Part shown: positions 37,701 through 49,939 of the stretch, piece by piece
Layout: each line of letters begins with the position of its first letter
How positions within the stretch are numbered: the stretch's first letter is position 1
From: Callorhinchus milii
Taxonomy: Eukaryota
Reading direction: 5' to 3'
Assembly (NCBI RefSeq): GCF_018977255.1
Contig: NW_024704743.1
Location: forward strand, 7,070,001 to 7,134,000
DNA length: 64,000 bases
The notes under the pieces: model-generated
What the model saw: only the letters and a program-made list of their open reading frames with translations
The model's database searches: none
What the model was told of the DNA's origin: nothing
Program-made: the position numbers and the translations under genes

Positions 37701-38887
37701 GCTGGTGCTGACTCCCTCACTGTAGTTAACTACTATATTCTGATCCCAATTCCTTGCTTTTTCACCATATCTTGTTGAAAGATCACAAGATTAGTTTAGA
37801 TGAAGAAGACCCTTCAGGCCATAAGACCTCATTCTTCCAGAATACACTCCCTATGTTCTCCCGTCACAAGCTTTTTTTTTAATGAGTCTAGTGCGCTGGC
37901 CTCAGACACCCTTCCTGGCAAACATAGGAACAGAAGTATACCATTCTGTCCCTTGAGCCCGTTCAGCCATTCTATTAATGGGATTTATTGTAAAGTACAG
38001 TGACTTTTTTTGTGGGCGCACACGGCATTCCCATCTTGGTAGAGAAAAGTTTCCTGGTGTCTATCCTGAAGTTGTTCTTTGCACCCCTAAATCTATGTCC
38101 TCATGTTCTTCTGTCTTGTTGCATCCTAAAGTATTATTTGAGTTTACAGAAGTTACAAATAATACCAAGTTTCAATCCCTTTTAATTGTATTGCTTTTCT
38201 CAAATTTGTTTAATCTCTTTTTAATGTTGCTTTGAGCTGTTGCTCAATAGCTACTTACGCAGAGCATGTTCTAATAGCTCTCTGTATGATAAGGTTTCTT
38301 TTCACTCCTTTTTTTAACTCTTCCGGTGACCACCCTGAGTTTATGCCACCTGGTTTTTGCCAAGATCTTGTTGAAATATACGAATGGACCATTCAGCCCA
38401 TCAAACTTGATATATCAGGATTTGTGCCAGCTGAGACCTTGAGTATCCATCAAGGCAATTAGGGGTAAAAATGTATCTCTTCTCAATAGATTTGATGTGA
38501 TAATTACATTTTTTAAAATCTCTCCCCTAGTTAATGTTAGCTATGGTCTGAATGCCTTCTTGGAGAAAGATAACCAAAGTCAAGGCCCAGGCCATATGTC
38601 ACAAGTGTTAATCAGCTGCTCAGGTTCACACTCAACAGCATAACATTAAAGGTTATATTATAGGATGCGCGGGACTGAAATACACTGATGTTCCTTTGCA
38701 CAGAGAGGAGTGCATTCAACAGTGTAATAAAGCCCTGAGTTTGGAGGGAGTGAAATCCAACCTAAATTGCTCTCTCGTTACCCAATGATCAATGTCAGGA
38801 ACAAAAACACATAAATGCAGCCATGCCTTGAATGAATTTTGGTGAAGGGGAATTAAAGCAAGGTATTTCAACAACAACAACTTGGAT

Positions 38888-41800
38888 TTATATAGCGCCC
38901 TCCACTCCAGACGGCGTCTCAGAGCGCTTCACAGTAACGGATCCCGGGGCCGAGCCAGGGGGAGGGGGGGGAAGGTGACCAAAGGCGCAGTCAAAGTGAA
39001 AGGTCTTCAGCGGGGAGCTGAAAATAGGAAGAGAGAGAGCGAGGCAAAGGGAGTGAGGAAGGGAGTTCCAGAGCCTTGAGGCATAGTGGCTGAAGGCACG
39101 GCCGCCGAGGGTGGAGCGGAGGACTTGGGGGATGTGGAGGAGGCCAGACCCGGAGGAACGAAGGCAGCGGCCACTGTTTTGAGGAGAGAGGAGGTCAGAG
39201 AGGTCGGGGGGTGCAGAGGAGTGCAGGGACTTGAATACAAGGGTGAGGATCTTGAAGTCGATCCTCTCTGGGAGAGGCAGCCAGTGCAGTCTGGCAAGGA
39301 CTGGGGTGATCGGGGAGTGGAGTTTGGTGCAGGTGAGAATGCAGGCGGCAGAGTTTTGAATAATCTGGATTTCATGGATGGTAGTGGATGGGAGACCAGC
39401 GAGGAGGGCATTAGAATAGTCCAGCCGAGAGGTGACAAAGGCATGGATCAGGGTTTCAGCGGCTTTTGGAGAGAGGTATTGGCGGAGACGGGCGATGTGT
39501 CGGAGGTGGAAGAAGGCAGTGCTGGTGAGGGACCGGATGTGGGGGAGGAAGGATAATTGGGGGTCGAACCTGACGCCTAGGTTGCGTATGGGTTCGGAGA
39601 GTTTTAGGGGGAGGTCGGGTAGGTGGAGGAGGTGAGAGCCGTAAGATTTTAGATGTTGACGAGAGCCAAAGTGTATGGCTTCTGTCTTGTCAATGTTCAG
39701 CTGAAAGAAATTTGCACTCATCCAGCCCCTGAGATCTGACAGGCAGGCTGACAGAACATCAGGGGACTGGGGGTTGCAAAGAGAGGTGGAAAAATAGAGG
39801 TGGGTGTCATCTGCGTACATGTGGAAATATACCCCATATCTGCGGATGACATCCCCAAGAGGGAGCATGTAGATCAGAAAGAGGAGGAGGCCAAGGATGA
39901 ATCCTTGGGGGACCCCACAGGGTGAGAGTGGGAGGAGAAGACGTTTGTGTAGATGTACTGCTGGCGGTTTGTGAGTTAAGACTCGAACCAGGCGAGTGCG
40001 GTAAAGGTGGTGGAGGAGGATGGCGTGATCGACTGTGTTGAACGCTGCGGAGAGGTCCAGGAGGACAAGGAGACAGAAGGAGCCCTGGTCACAGATAGAG
40101 AGGATGTCGTCTGTGACTTTTACAAGCGCAGTCTCTGTACTGTGGGCAGGGCGGAAACTGGATTGGAGGGGTTCGAATAGGAAGTGGGAGGAGAGATGTA
40201 AGCGAAGTTGATTGGCAACAACGCGTTCTAGTACTTTTGCGAGGAAGGGCAGGTTAGCAATGGGGCGGTAGTGATTGGGGTTTGAGGGATCTAGGGAAGG
40301 TTTTTTGAGGAGGGGGGGTGATGACAGCAGTTTTGAGGGGGGCAGGGACTGATCCAGAGGAGAGGGACTAGTTGATCATGTCAGCCAGTAGTGGGCAGAG
40401 GAGGGGAAGCTGGGTGACCAGCAAATTGGTGGGGAGGGGGTCAAGACAGCAGGTGGTGGGTTTCATGGAGGTGATGGTGGGTGAGAGGGAAGAGGGAGAG
40501 ATGGGAAGGAAGGAATATAGGATGGGGGTGGTGCTAGGACCAGATGATGGGGAGGGTGAGGGGGACAGAGAGGACGTGGTGGTGGGTGACAAGAGGCAGG
40601 TGGATGAGGCTGCCTGGCGGATGTTGTGAATTTTAGATGAAAAGAAGTCCATGACCTCCTCGCACTTGGCATTTGATATGAAGATTGAGGAGGCCTGAGG
40701 GGGGGCACGGAGGAGGTAGTGGTGGAAAAAAGGATTTTAGGGTTGTGTTTAGCCTCCAAGATGATGTTGGAGTAGGACGCCATTTTTGCACATGTCAAAG
40801 AATGGCGGTAGCTGTGGAGTTGCTCGAGCCACAGTTGGCGGTGGACTGTCAGGCCAGTTTTCGAGCAGCCGGGTTTGGGTTTTTAGGCAGTGGAGATGGT
40901 TGTTGTACCAGGGGGATCGGGTGGGTTTGGAGATGGTTCTGGATTTCAGGGGGACGAGGGAGTTGAAGAAGGAGAAGTGATCATGGAGCAGCTGGACGGC
41001 TGATTTAGGATCTCTGCGGCTGGAATACCAGAGGGATAGGATGTTTGATGATGCGATGGCTTTCGTGAGGGTCTCAGAGGGTAGCCTTTTCTAAAGGCGA
41101 TAGAGGATGATTGAGGGCTTGGTGGAGGAGAGAGGGATGTGAGAGGAGAAGGAGATGAGGAAGTGGTCCAAGATGGCCTTGTCCACTATGTTGAGGTCGG
41201 AAATGTCAAGGCTGTGGGTGATAACGAGGTCAAGGGCATGACCATGGTTGTGGGTTGGTGAATTTATATGAAGGGTGAGGTTTAGGGAGGAGAGGAGGGC
41301 AGTGAAGTCGGCATAAGTAGTGCAGGGGAAGTTTAGGTGGAGGTTGAAATTGTTCATTATGAGCAGGCGTTCGGAGCAGAGGGACAGGGAAGAGAGGAGA
41401 GTAGAGATGTCTGTGTGGAAGGAGCCGGAGGGCTTAGGGGGGCGGTAGACAAGGAGGATTTTCAATGGGAGAGAGGGGTGGAAGAGGGTGAGGTGCTCAA
41501 AGGAGGGGAAGCAGCCAGAGGAGTAGGGGATAAGACCAAGGGAGGCTTTGGAAATGAAGGCCACCCCGCTACCACGCTGGTTTGGACGAGGGGTATGGTG
41601 GAAGGAGTAGCCTGGAGGGGAGGCTTCCACTAGGGGGATGGGGTCATGGGGGGAGAGCCAGGTTTTGTGAGCCCAAGAATGTCAAGGTGCTCGTCCAGGA
41701 TGAGGTCATGGATGGTGAAGGCTTTGTTTGAGAGGGAACGGACATTTTGGAGGGAAATGCGGGTGGGTTTGCAAGAGGAAGGGGAGGGAGGAGAGAGTGA

Positions 41801-42257
41801 TGCGGAGAGGATTTTCGTGTGTACAGGAGAGATGGTTGTGGAGAGTGGTGTGAGTGGACAGTTGGGGAGGGTATGTATGAGGGAGGGGGAAGTTGTGTTT
41901 GCCTTAAGGAGGCGGTTTGTGGGGAGGGAGTGAACGATGGGATACGTAAGGTTGCTGCTCTGGGATAGCCAGTGCTGGGAGCCAGGATGGGCCTGGCGGA
42001 GGGAGGATGCCCAGGCTGGAGCAGGGGGAAGTGGTGATGGGGTTGAGGAGAGAGAGAAGGCGGTGGGAGAGAAGGACAGAGGGGAAGTAGAGGTGGGAGG
42101 AGAGAAATTTAGAGTGGAGGGGGAGGGTTGGGTTGGGGAGGCAGCAAAAACGTGCACGCAGAGACCGGGAGCGAGCGATCAGTAGGACGGCATCAGCCCT
42201 CAGACTCAGCCTCCCAGGTCATGGCTGGGATGGCAGTGCCAGGGGCTGCCAGGCCAT
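38888..42257 (-). pseudogene. L2 ORF (APE endonuclease + reverse transcriptase) with several stops and frameshifts
   Basis: ISLQNVRSLSNK, GSGVAFI, VYRPP, NFNLH, PTHNHGHALDLVI, LDHFLI (EN); KPTTCCLDPLP, YADDTHLY, SRLDYSNALL, LHWLPLPERIDFKIL (RT and C-terminus). Confidence 0.93.
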
Positions 42258-42469
42258 TGTTGTTGTTGTTGTTGTCACTGTGTTTTTTAACTGTGACGTC
42301 ACACCGACGTCACTTTGTGACTCGTGCCCCTCCACCCCCTCACTTACCCGCCCCGCGCTCTCCTGACTCTGCTCCCGTCTGAGTGGCTCCTCACCTGGCT
42401 TTGCTTTATACGTAGCTAGGCCTCGGCTGCGACCCGCGCTCTCCTGACTCTGCTCCCGACTTCCGAACA
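42258..42469 (-). promoter_or_regulatory. Putative L2 5' UTR / internal promoter
   Basis: CpG-rich; TGACGTCA at 42294-42301, GGGGCGGG box, CGGAAG near the 5' end, perfect 26-bp direct repeat. Confidence 0.6.
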
Positions 42470-43482
42470 GTATTTACAAATCATATCAAGTTTTAAACCT
42501 CAATGTTGTGATCTGCTTGGATGATCGTATTTCCATCCAATGAAGTAGTACTGTGGAAAACCAACTTCCTAATTATGGCTGAACAAGTTTCCATTTTCTG
42601 TGCAATATTAAATTATAAGACATTGTAATTGAAAGCTAAGAGGAGTAAAGATTTCAGATCTCAAGAGTGGTAAGTGGTAAAAGCAGGTATAACAGAAGCG
42701 TGAGAGAAAATAACTCGCTCCTTGGGATGTCCAGGGCCTTGGGACATCCTCTTGATGTGAATGATGCTTTATTAATGTAAATTTGTATTGTATTGCATCA
42801 TTTGTTTTCCCCCTCCACAGAATGATCACATTTAGTTGAACTAACTCATCAGTGGTTGCTTACAGGGTTAACTTTTTTCAACTGGAACTCTGTTCCACAA
42901 ATTTACTATTCTATGGGGAAAAAATCCTTGAAATTTCTGGTCATGCATTGGGAACAAAATTAATTTGACAAAATTGTATGCACTTTATTCCCGATTTCAG
43001 TCCTGGGTGGAAATTCTTCCAAGATATTTAGATAGACTATTTCACTTCTCAGCTGTTTCCAGTCCTAATAAGAGGCTCAAGGAGTCCAAACATCTTGGGG
43101 GAGTTTTCAAAAGGCGCCAAGGACAGTAATAAGATACAAACACAGAAATCTTACACTTCTTTATTAGAATAGACATTTGGCAGTACGTCACAAGGCAACG
43201 ATTCAATCAAACAAGTTGTTTGAGCTGTTTACTAACATAAATTGAATTACAGCTGTAACCTCACTGACAGACTTTTACATTTTATTGTAATGCATTGGTT
43301 TACCGAGTAGCTGAAATACAAATTTTTTAATGTATAAATTTAGTGTGTCAAATTATTTTTTAATATATTTTTCTTCCCATTGACGTATCTTTCCGTTCCT
43401 GGTCTCCAGCCTTCCCTTGCTGGGCTTTGCTTCCACGGGAGCTAGTTGCCCTTTGCTGCCCTGTCCACGTGGCCATTGTTAT

Positions 43483-43857
43483 TAATAATAATAATCATAA
43501 TCCACCATTTGATATAGCACCTCATCATGTCGTTGAGATGTCTCAAACCGCTTTGCAGGATGTACTGTAAAGTGGATTGACTGTGTATGTTGTGACCAAA
43601 CACGACAGCAAATTGCACACAGCAATGTCCCATAAAAACAATTGTGGATTGAGCGGCCAAATGTTTTTGTTTTTGGAGCGATTATTACACCCGGAAAATG
43701 ATCCGCCAATCGATTAACAATCGGGTTCCAACTTACTGCTAGGTAAACAGAGACATGTAGAGTAAGGAAACACACTTGCCCAAAGTTTCGCCTGCCCATG
43801 AATTGAACCCTCTCACTGCGAAGCGAGTTCTCTAACCACTGAGTCGCTGTGGGACTC
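43483..43857 (-). mobile_element. SINE-A, full length
   Basis: Head to tail homology. Confidence 0.9.
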
Positions 43858-44036
43858 AGCAAGTCACAGCACTCTAGAAGCATCTGAGCTGAGCCTGACT
43901 TCTCCTGCCCAGCTGGCACACATATTCGACTAGTAGACAGTGAGTTCCTGCTTCATAAACTGCCAATCCGTACACTGCACAATGCACCAAAATGCTTCTT
44001 TTTCTCAACATTATCAAACAAGCATACTGAGCCCAT

Positions 44037-44480
44037 TGTGTGTCAGTTTGGATCAGTTGGTAGCACCCTCGTCACTGTGTCAGAAAGTTGTGCGTTCAAG
44101 CCCCATGTTGGGACTTTGCTCTCATATAGCCTAGGCTGACAATCCATATGGTGCTCGCAATGTGCTATGTGGTTGGAGGTGACACAGAGATTCTGTCCTT
44201 TTGATGAGAAATTAAACCAAAATCCATTCTGCACATTCAGCTGGATGTTAAAGATCCTTTGGAACTATTGGAAAAGTCAAGGGAGTTTCTTCTGGTGTTC
44301 TTGTCAACGAATTGGTCATTCACTTCATAGGTTGGTTGAGGTACTTTGCTGTATGCAAATTGGCTGCCGTATTTGCCTACAAAATACAGTTACTCCACTT
44401 TACAATAAATCCTGTCAAGCACTTTGAGGCATCCTCCTGATGTGAAAGGCTCTATATCAAATGTAGGGTTATTGTTGTAA
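44037..44480 (+). mobile_element. Deu-type SINE, full length
   Basis: Homologous to 6903-7348. Confidence 0.85.
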
Positions 44481-45055
44481 TGATGGGGATGACATGTAAG
44501 TAAAGTAGGAGTTGATAGTAATATTACCGTCTGAATAATCAGAAAATGTGTTATGTATTATATTCTTGAAAGGGCTGCTGTTTCATTAACATTCTTGTGT
44601 GGTGTGTTTGGTTCCATTACATATCTTCCTTTGTCATTCTGATATTACTCAACTTGATCATCATAGACTTACCGCAAAAAGCATCCTTTGAAGTAATCAG
44701 GCAACAGCCTATAAAACAACTTTGTGTGTTTCTGTCAACAAAATGACCACAAATTTCATTGAGAAAAGGTCAAGTGATCGCAAACATCTTTTTCATAGAA
44801 ACCACATAAACTTCCATCCTATTCAATCCTTACATTGATCCAAACAGAGGAAAACAATTTATTATTCATATTTATTGCTTTACAAAGCATGCCCAATCCC
44901 AGCAATATACAACATGTGATAATTATCTCAAGATCAGAAGAGAGGTTCGGATAAAGAAACCCCCTTGGCCATTTGATCTCATCCATCCAGAATTCCTGCC
45001 TACAATCCTCCCAGCACTGCATCAAACTGCATCAAAATAACATTGCACTCTAAAT

Positions 45056-45374
45056 GGTGTGTTGTAGCGTATTGGTTAGAGCACTTGCCTTGCAAGCGAG
45101 AGGACCTGGCTTCGATTCTCAGTCAGGGCGAAACCTTAGGCAAGTTTCCTTACTCCACACGCCTCTGTTTACCGAGCAGTAAGTAAGAATCCGGGTGTCG
45201 ATTGGCGGATCACTTTTCCGGGGGTAATAATCCCTTCAAATTGTTTGTGGCACACTGCTGTGCGCAATTGACTGCTGCGTTTCACCCACAAAATATACAG
45301 TCAATTCACTTTACAGTATATTCTGTGAAACATTTTGAGACGTCTCGAAGACATGATCAGGTGGTATAGCAAAT
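45056..45374 (+). mobile_element. SINE-A
   Basis: Head with TTGCAAGCGAG arm and TTCGATTC B box; tail abuts the next copy. Confidence 0.9.
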
Positions 45375-45695
45375 AATAATAATAATAATCCTTGCAGTTG
45401 ATATAGCGCTTTTCACCTCTTCTCGACATATCAAAGTGCTTCACAGAATATGCTGTAAAGTGAATTGACTGTATATTTGTGGGCAAAACGCGGCAGCCAA
45501 TTGCGCACAGCAGTGTCCCACAAACAGTCGTGGAATGAAAATCACCAATTTATTATTATTTTTGTTTTTTTGGAGGGATTATTATTAGGCATGTGGAGTA
45601 AGGAAATTTGCCCAAGGTTTCACCCTGCCTGGAATTGAACCCAAGTGTCTCGCTTCCAAGGCAAGTGCTTTAATCACAGAGCTACAGGACTCCAC
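45372..45695 (-). mobile_element. SINE-A with the variant-B internal deletion
   Basis: GGAGGGATTATTATTAGGC junction shared with 21231 and 45934 copies. Confidence 0.9.
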
Positions 45696-45933
45696 TGCAA
45701 GGATTATAAAGGTCTATTATTAAATCAGTGATTGAGTGACGCTGGAATGCAATGTATGTGACAGTACCAATGGCAATCAAAGGCTATGGACTCAAACTAT
45801 CTGGTGTGTTCACACCCGTAACCAGTGGATAAAGATGATTTGGAAAAGGAATTTCTGGCCAATGTTGTATTGATATCTTATCACACATCACCTTTCTCAC
45901 CCCATGGCTTTCTTTTTGTGTCTACACCACAGG

Positions 45934-46268
45934 TTAATAATAATAATAATAATAATAATCCTTGCATTTGATATAGTGCTTTTCATGTCAGGAGGACATC
46001 CCAAAGCGCTTCACAGAACACACTGTAAAGTGAATTGACTGTATATTTGTGGGCGAACGTGGCAGCCAATTGTGCACAGCAATGTCCCACAAACAGTCGT
46101 AGATTAAAAATGACTAATTTATTATTGTTTTTGTTTTTTGGAGGGATTATTATTAGGCTCTGTGTGGAGTAAGGAAATTTGCCCAAGGTTTCGCCCTCTG
46201 CCTGGAATTGAACTCAGGTCTCTCACTTGCAAAGCGAGTGCTCTAACCACTGAGCTACAGGACTCCAC
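45934..46268 (-). mobile_element. SINE-A variant B, full length
   Basis: GTGGAGTCCTGTAGCTCAGTGGTTAGAGC head, (ATT)n tail, GGTT on both flanks. Confidence 0.93.
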
Positions 46269-47061
46269 GGTTGATCTGCAGGTGTGAATACTTTGCAATC
46301 AGGTTAGCACATCTCCAATAATAGGGCATTTGCTAACAAGGAGGAGAGTCTTGAGCGATCCGAAGCGTGTCTGTGGGAATAAAACCCGGGGTTTGAAAGG
46401 GTTAAACCAGATAGCTTTTAATAATTAAAGCACAGGCCAAACTGAAACACAGTTGTTCCTGTCTGCTTTTTGTAAATTGCAGACTAGTTTTACTGTCAAT
46501 CATCTGCAATTTGAAAATTATATGTTCTAGGCATTGCATCACAAAGAGGAAGTGGATTATATGCTGGAGAGACTGTTCTATTCCAGGCCTGGACAATGGG
46601 CTGTTTGTTAATCAAAAACTGTTTATTCCAGCTAAATTTCCTTGAGATTTTGAGGCAAAAAGCCCCTGAAGTTTGAAAATAATCTTGAAGGAAGTCTGTT
46701 GGCCATCTGGATATCGTAACCTCATATTTAAATGGCACCTATGTATTTAGATTAAATGAAAAAACCCAGGGAAGTTTGACAGGTGGGAATAAGCTTCCAC
46801 CCAGTAGGTATTCACGAAAGCAGAAAGAATTGACTTGCTCCTGCAGGTTGGCAAGTGGGCTTTCAAGGCGGCGAACTCTTAGGATTAGTTAATGCAAAAC
46901 CTCTACAGTTCACGTATTAAAGCATTGCAGAGTGACTTTAATGTCAGACCAACCCCCCCACAAGGCAGTCACTTTTGCTACTTTTCAAAATAATAAGGCT
47001 AAAAGAAATACAGGCATAAATGAGTTTTTTTTTGTTTCGCTTATAGTTCAAAAATCTAATT

Positions 47062-47240
47062 TTCAATCCACGACTGTTTGAGGGACACTGCTATATGCAA
47101 ATGGCTGCTGTGTTTTGCCCACAAAATAAACAGTCAATTCACTTTACAGTGTATTCTGTGAAGCTCTTTGAGACGTCTCAAAGACGTGATAAGGTGCTAT
47201 GTCAAATGCAAGGATTATGATTATTTTATTATTATTATTA
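47062..47240 (+). mobile_element. SINE-A 3' half
   Basis: Tail homology. Confidence 0.88.
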
Positions 47241-47249
47241 TAGAAATCA

Positions 47250-47487
47250 TCGGGATGTGGGTCCAGTGAACCCCCCAGCTGAAAATTGTGAGTGTGTTGA
47301 TGAGACTTTGATGCTCTCCCTCATCACACCACCCCCAGAGTCGAACAGTCTGCCGACACCACTATCTGCTGGGTTCACACGTGAAGAATGGACACTTTGA
47401 CTGAGGTATTGAAGGTTCACCATCACTCAAGCAGTGATACCCCAGTGTCAGTCAGTGCCTTCAGGACAGGAAGGGAGAAAATTAAAA
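47250..47487 (+). repeat. Family C repeat 3' part
   Basis: TCACACGTGAAGAATGG..GTCAGTGCCTTCAGGACAGGAAGGGAGAAAATT. Confidence 0.65.
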
Positions 47488-48461
47488 CAAAACCTTACAA
47501 AGGAAAGATCCAGACGACACGCTGACTCTTGAGAGAATGCAAAAAGGACTCCTGTGGACAAACTGAATCACTGACTATAAAGTACATCCCTAGGACTGGT
47601 AATCATCAATTATTCCACTTCATATTAAATGTGATTGATTTAATAACCCGGGTTACATGTGTTTAAACTAGATCACAGAAAGTGCTATCAGGCATGCCTC
47701 ACAGTTGGTAACATTTATCTGCCTTCTGTTGTCTGTAGAAAAAATAACGGTGCTTTGAAAAATAAGAAAGAAGCAGACATTAAGTAAAGTTCTGGTATCA
47801 TTAAAACATTCAATCTCAAGATTTACAAGAATTAAATCTAAATGTACCCACAGTGAAGATGGTCGAGCATCATTACAGGACCTTTAATGATCTCTTCAAT
47901 CTCTCTCTAGTAAAATCTGAATCAAATCTGAATTATCAAAAAAATTATCATTTGCCTGATGGAATTTCAGCAAGAATTACATGTTGACCACATTCTGCTA
48001 ACACATGTACAGCAGAACCTCATTGTGTTGTTCAACTCTGCTATTACTAAACAATCAGAAGCTCAATTATAGTTGACAAAGCAGCTCAGACCTCAGTGAA
48101 TCGCTTCTCAAGTGGCCTGAGGCTGGCGTGCCTACAGACTGCCCTCTTTTACTGTTGGAGGCAGAATCCAAGGCAAAATCATCGACAAGATAATAGCTGC
48201 ATGTCTGCAAACTCGCAGACGTGCACGGCGACACCCACACGTGTGCAAACTGACATGTGCAGTAGTTCCTACTTGCCGCCTCACAGTTTCCAAACTGGTG
48301 ACATGGCCCAAACTTCATCGGAGATTTGCTTAGTATCGAGTTAAGAGGCAACACATGATCCCCCCCCCCCCGACCAACTTAGCAACATACAAACCATTGT
48401 GCCCCAAGCAGTAATGATTCATTGCAGACTGAATCTACCCCATGCAACAATTTTTAAAATC

Positions 48462-48765
48462 ATCAACAACAACAACCAACAAGAGCAATTATATAGAACC
48501 CTTCTTGAAGGGGGAGCATATCAGAGCACTTCAGTGAAGGAGCCTGATGCCGAGCTGTGAAGATAGGGTGAGGTGACTGTTGGTTGACAAGGAAGGTCTT
48601 TAGGTGTGATATGAAGATGGGTAAAGAGGAGGAAAGGCAGAGGGATTAAAGCAGAGCGGTCCATAGTCTTGGGACATATTGGCTGAAAATATAGCCACCG
48701 ATAATGGAGGGAGAAGATGGGGGATAAGCAGCAGGCTGGAACCAGCTGAGCGAAGGGGGTAGGTA
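48462..48765 (-). mobile_element. Degenerate L2 3' end
   Basis: PLRSAGSSLLLIP peptide; (CAA)n tail. Confidence 0.75.
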
Positions 48766-49195
48766 GATGTCTCAAAGTGCTTCACAGAATATACTGTAAA
48801 GTGAATTGACTATATTTTGTGGGCGAAATGCAACAGTCAGTTACGCACAGCAGTGTCCCACAAGCGGTCGTGGATTGAGTGACCAAATTATTATTTTATT
48901 TCTTTATATTTTTGAAGAGAATATTACCCCAGAAAACAATCCACCAATCGACTAACAACCAGGTTTCTAGTCAGTGTAGGCATGTGAAGTAAGGAAACTT
49001 GGCCAAGGTTTCGCCCTGCCCGGGAATCAAACCCAGGGCCTCCCGCTTGTGAAGCAAGTTCTCTAGTTAGTGAAAGTGACTTGCTCTGTCAAAGAGCCGG
49101 CACAGACTCGATGGGCCGAATGGCCTCCTTCTGTGCCATAACATTCTATGAATCTATGAATCTATGAAAAAAAACAATATGCTACAGGACTCCAC
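48766..49195 (-). mobile_element. SINE-A with a CR1 tail (+, ~49066-49167) inserted in its tRNA head
   Basis: Head resumes as GCTACAGGACTCCAC at 49181-49195 after (AATCTATG)n. Confidence 0.85.
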
Positions 49196-49939
49196 AATTG
49201 TACCCTATGAAGCGATTTGAGATGTCCTTCCGATGTTAATTACGCTATATCAAATGTAAGAGTTATTATTAAGGGATATTGCAAAGTATCTGAATGTACA
49301 GCTATAGCTGATCCCAGAGACCAGTAATTCCAGTTGAGTATACCACCATGTCAGATCAGACAGTTCATTTACTCTCTATGTGCAATTCAAGAAGTTACAA
49401 GTGTCCCAGGTGGACTTTTAACTTTAATTATTTAAGCAACTTAAATAATGGACAACAAGCTAAACATTTTCACATGTTCATACCACAGAGGACCTCACAT
49501 TGACACTCAACACCCTTATTATGGCAAAATTATTATTCCACAGTAAAGTGCAACTTCAGTTGTAAATGTGTCAGTGGGCTCACAGTCTTTACAATGCAGA
49601 ATATCAAATGCCACATGCATAAACTGTGACATAAGTGTTATCAAGAGAGTTTTAAAATGTATCCTGCACTTAGTGAGTGCTAGCGTGTTTAGGAGAGTGA
49701 AAGCAGGACAGTATGCAGAAAGAGCAATAATTCCACACTCGAAAAATAAACACCCGATAGCTATAGAGCAAGAGGGAAAAGCCCTAGAGTAAAATATAAC
49801 CAATTGAAAATAAAAAGTGAATACTATGCACAAGAAAATCTGCGATAAATAGAAAGGAAAACAAATCGAGGAGCAAAAGTAGGGGACTAAATGAAAGTGC
49901 ACTTAGTAAAGCTAGAAAAAAATAACTAAAGCAACTTAC

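Larger units (their letters stand above)
38869..42469 (-). mobile_element. Apparently full-length single-ORF L2 LINE (type-I tail), 3,601 bp
   Basis: 5' UTR, ATG, EN, RT, C-terminus and (TTG)n tail in order; GTATTT on both flanks (38863-38868, 42470-42475). Confidence 0.9.

Noticed and set aside
46190..46268. tRNA-Ala gene
   Set aside because: It is a SINE head: no acceptor-stem pairing is evident and it continues into the SINE body
48067..48354. Overlapping 82-aa and 95-aa ORFs in unique DNA
   Set aside because: No recognisable homology or splice framework; lengths are within chance expectation
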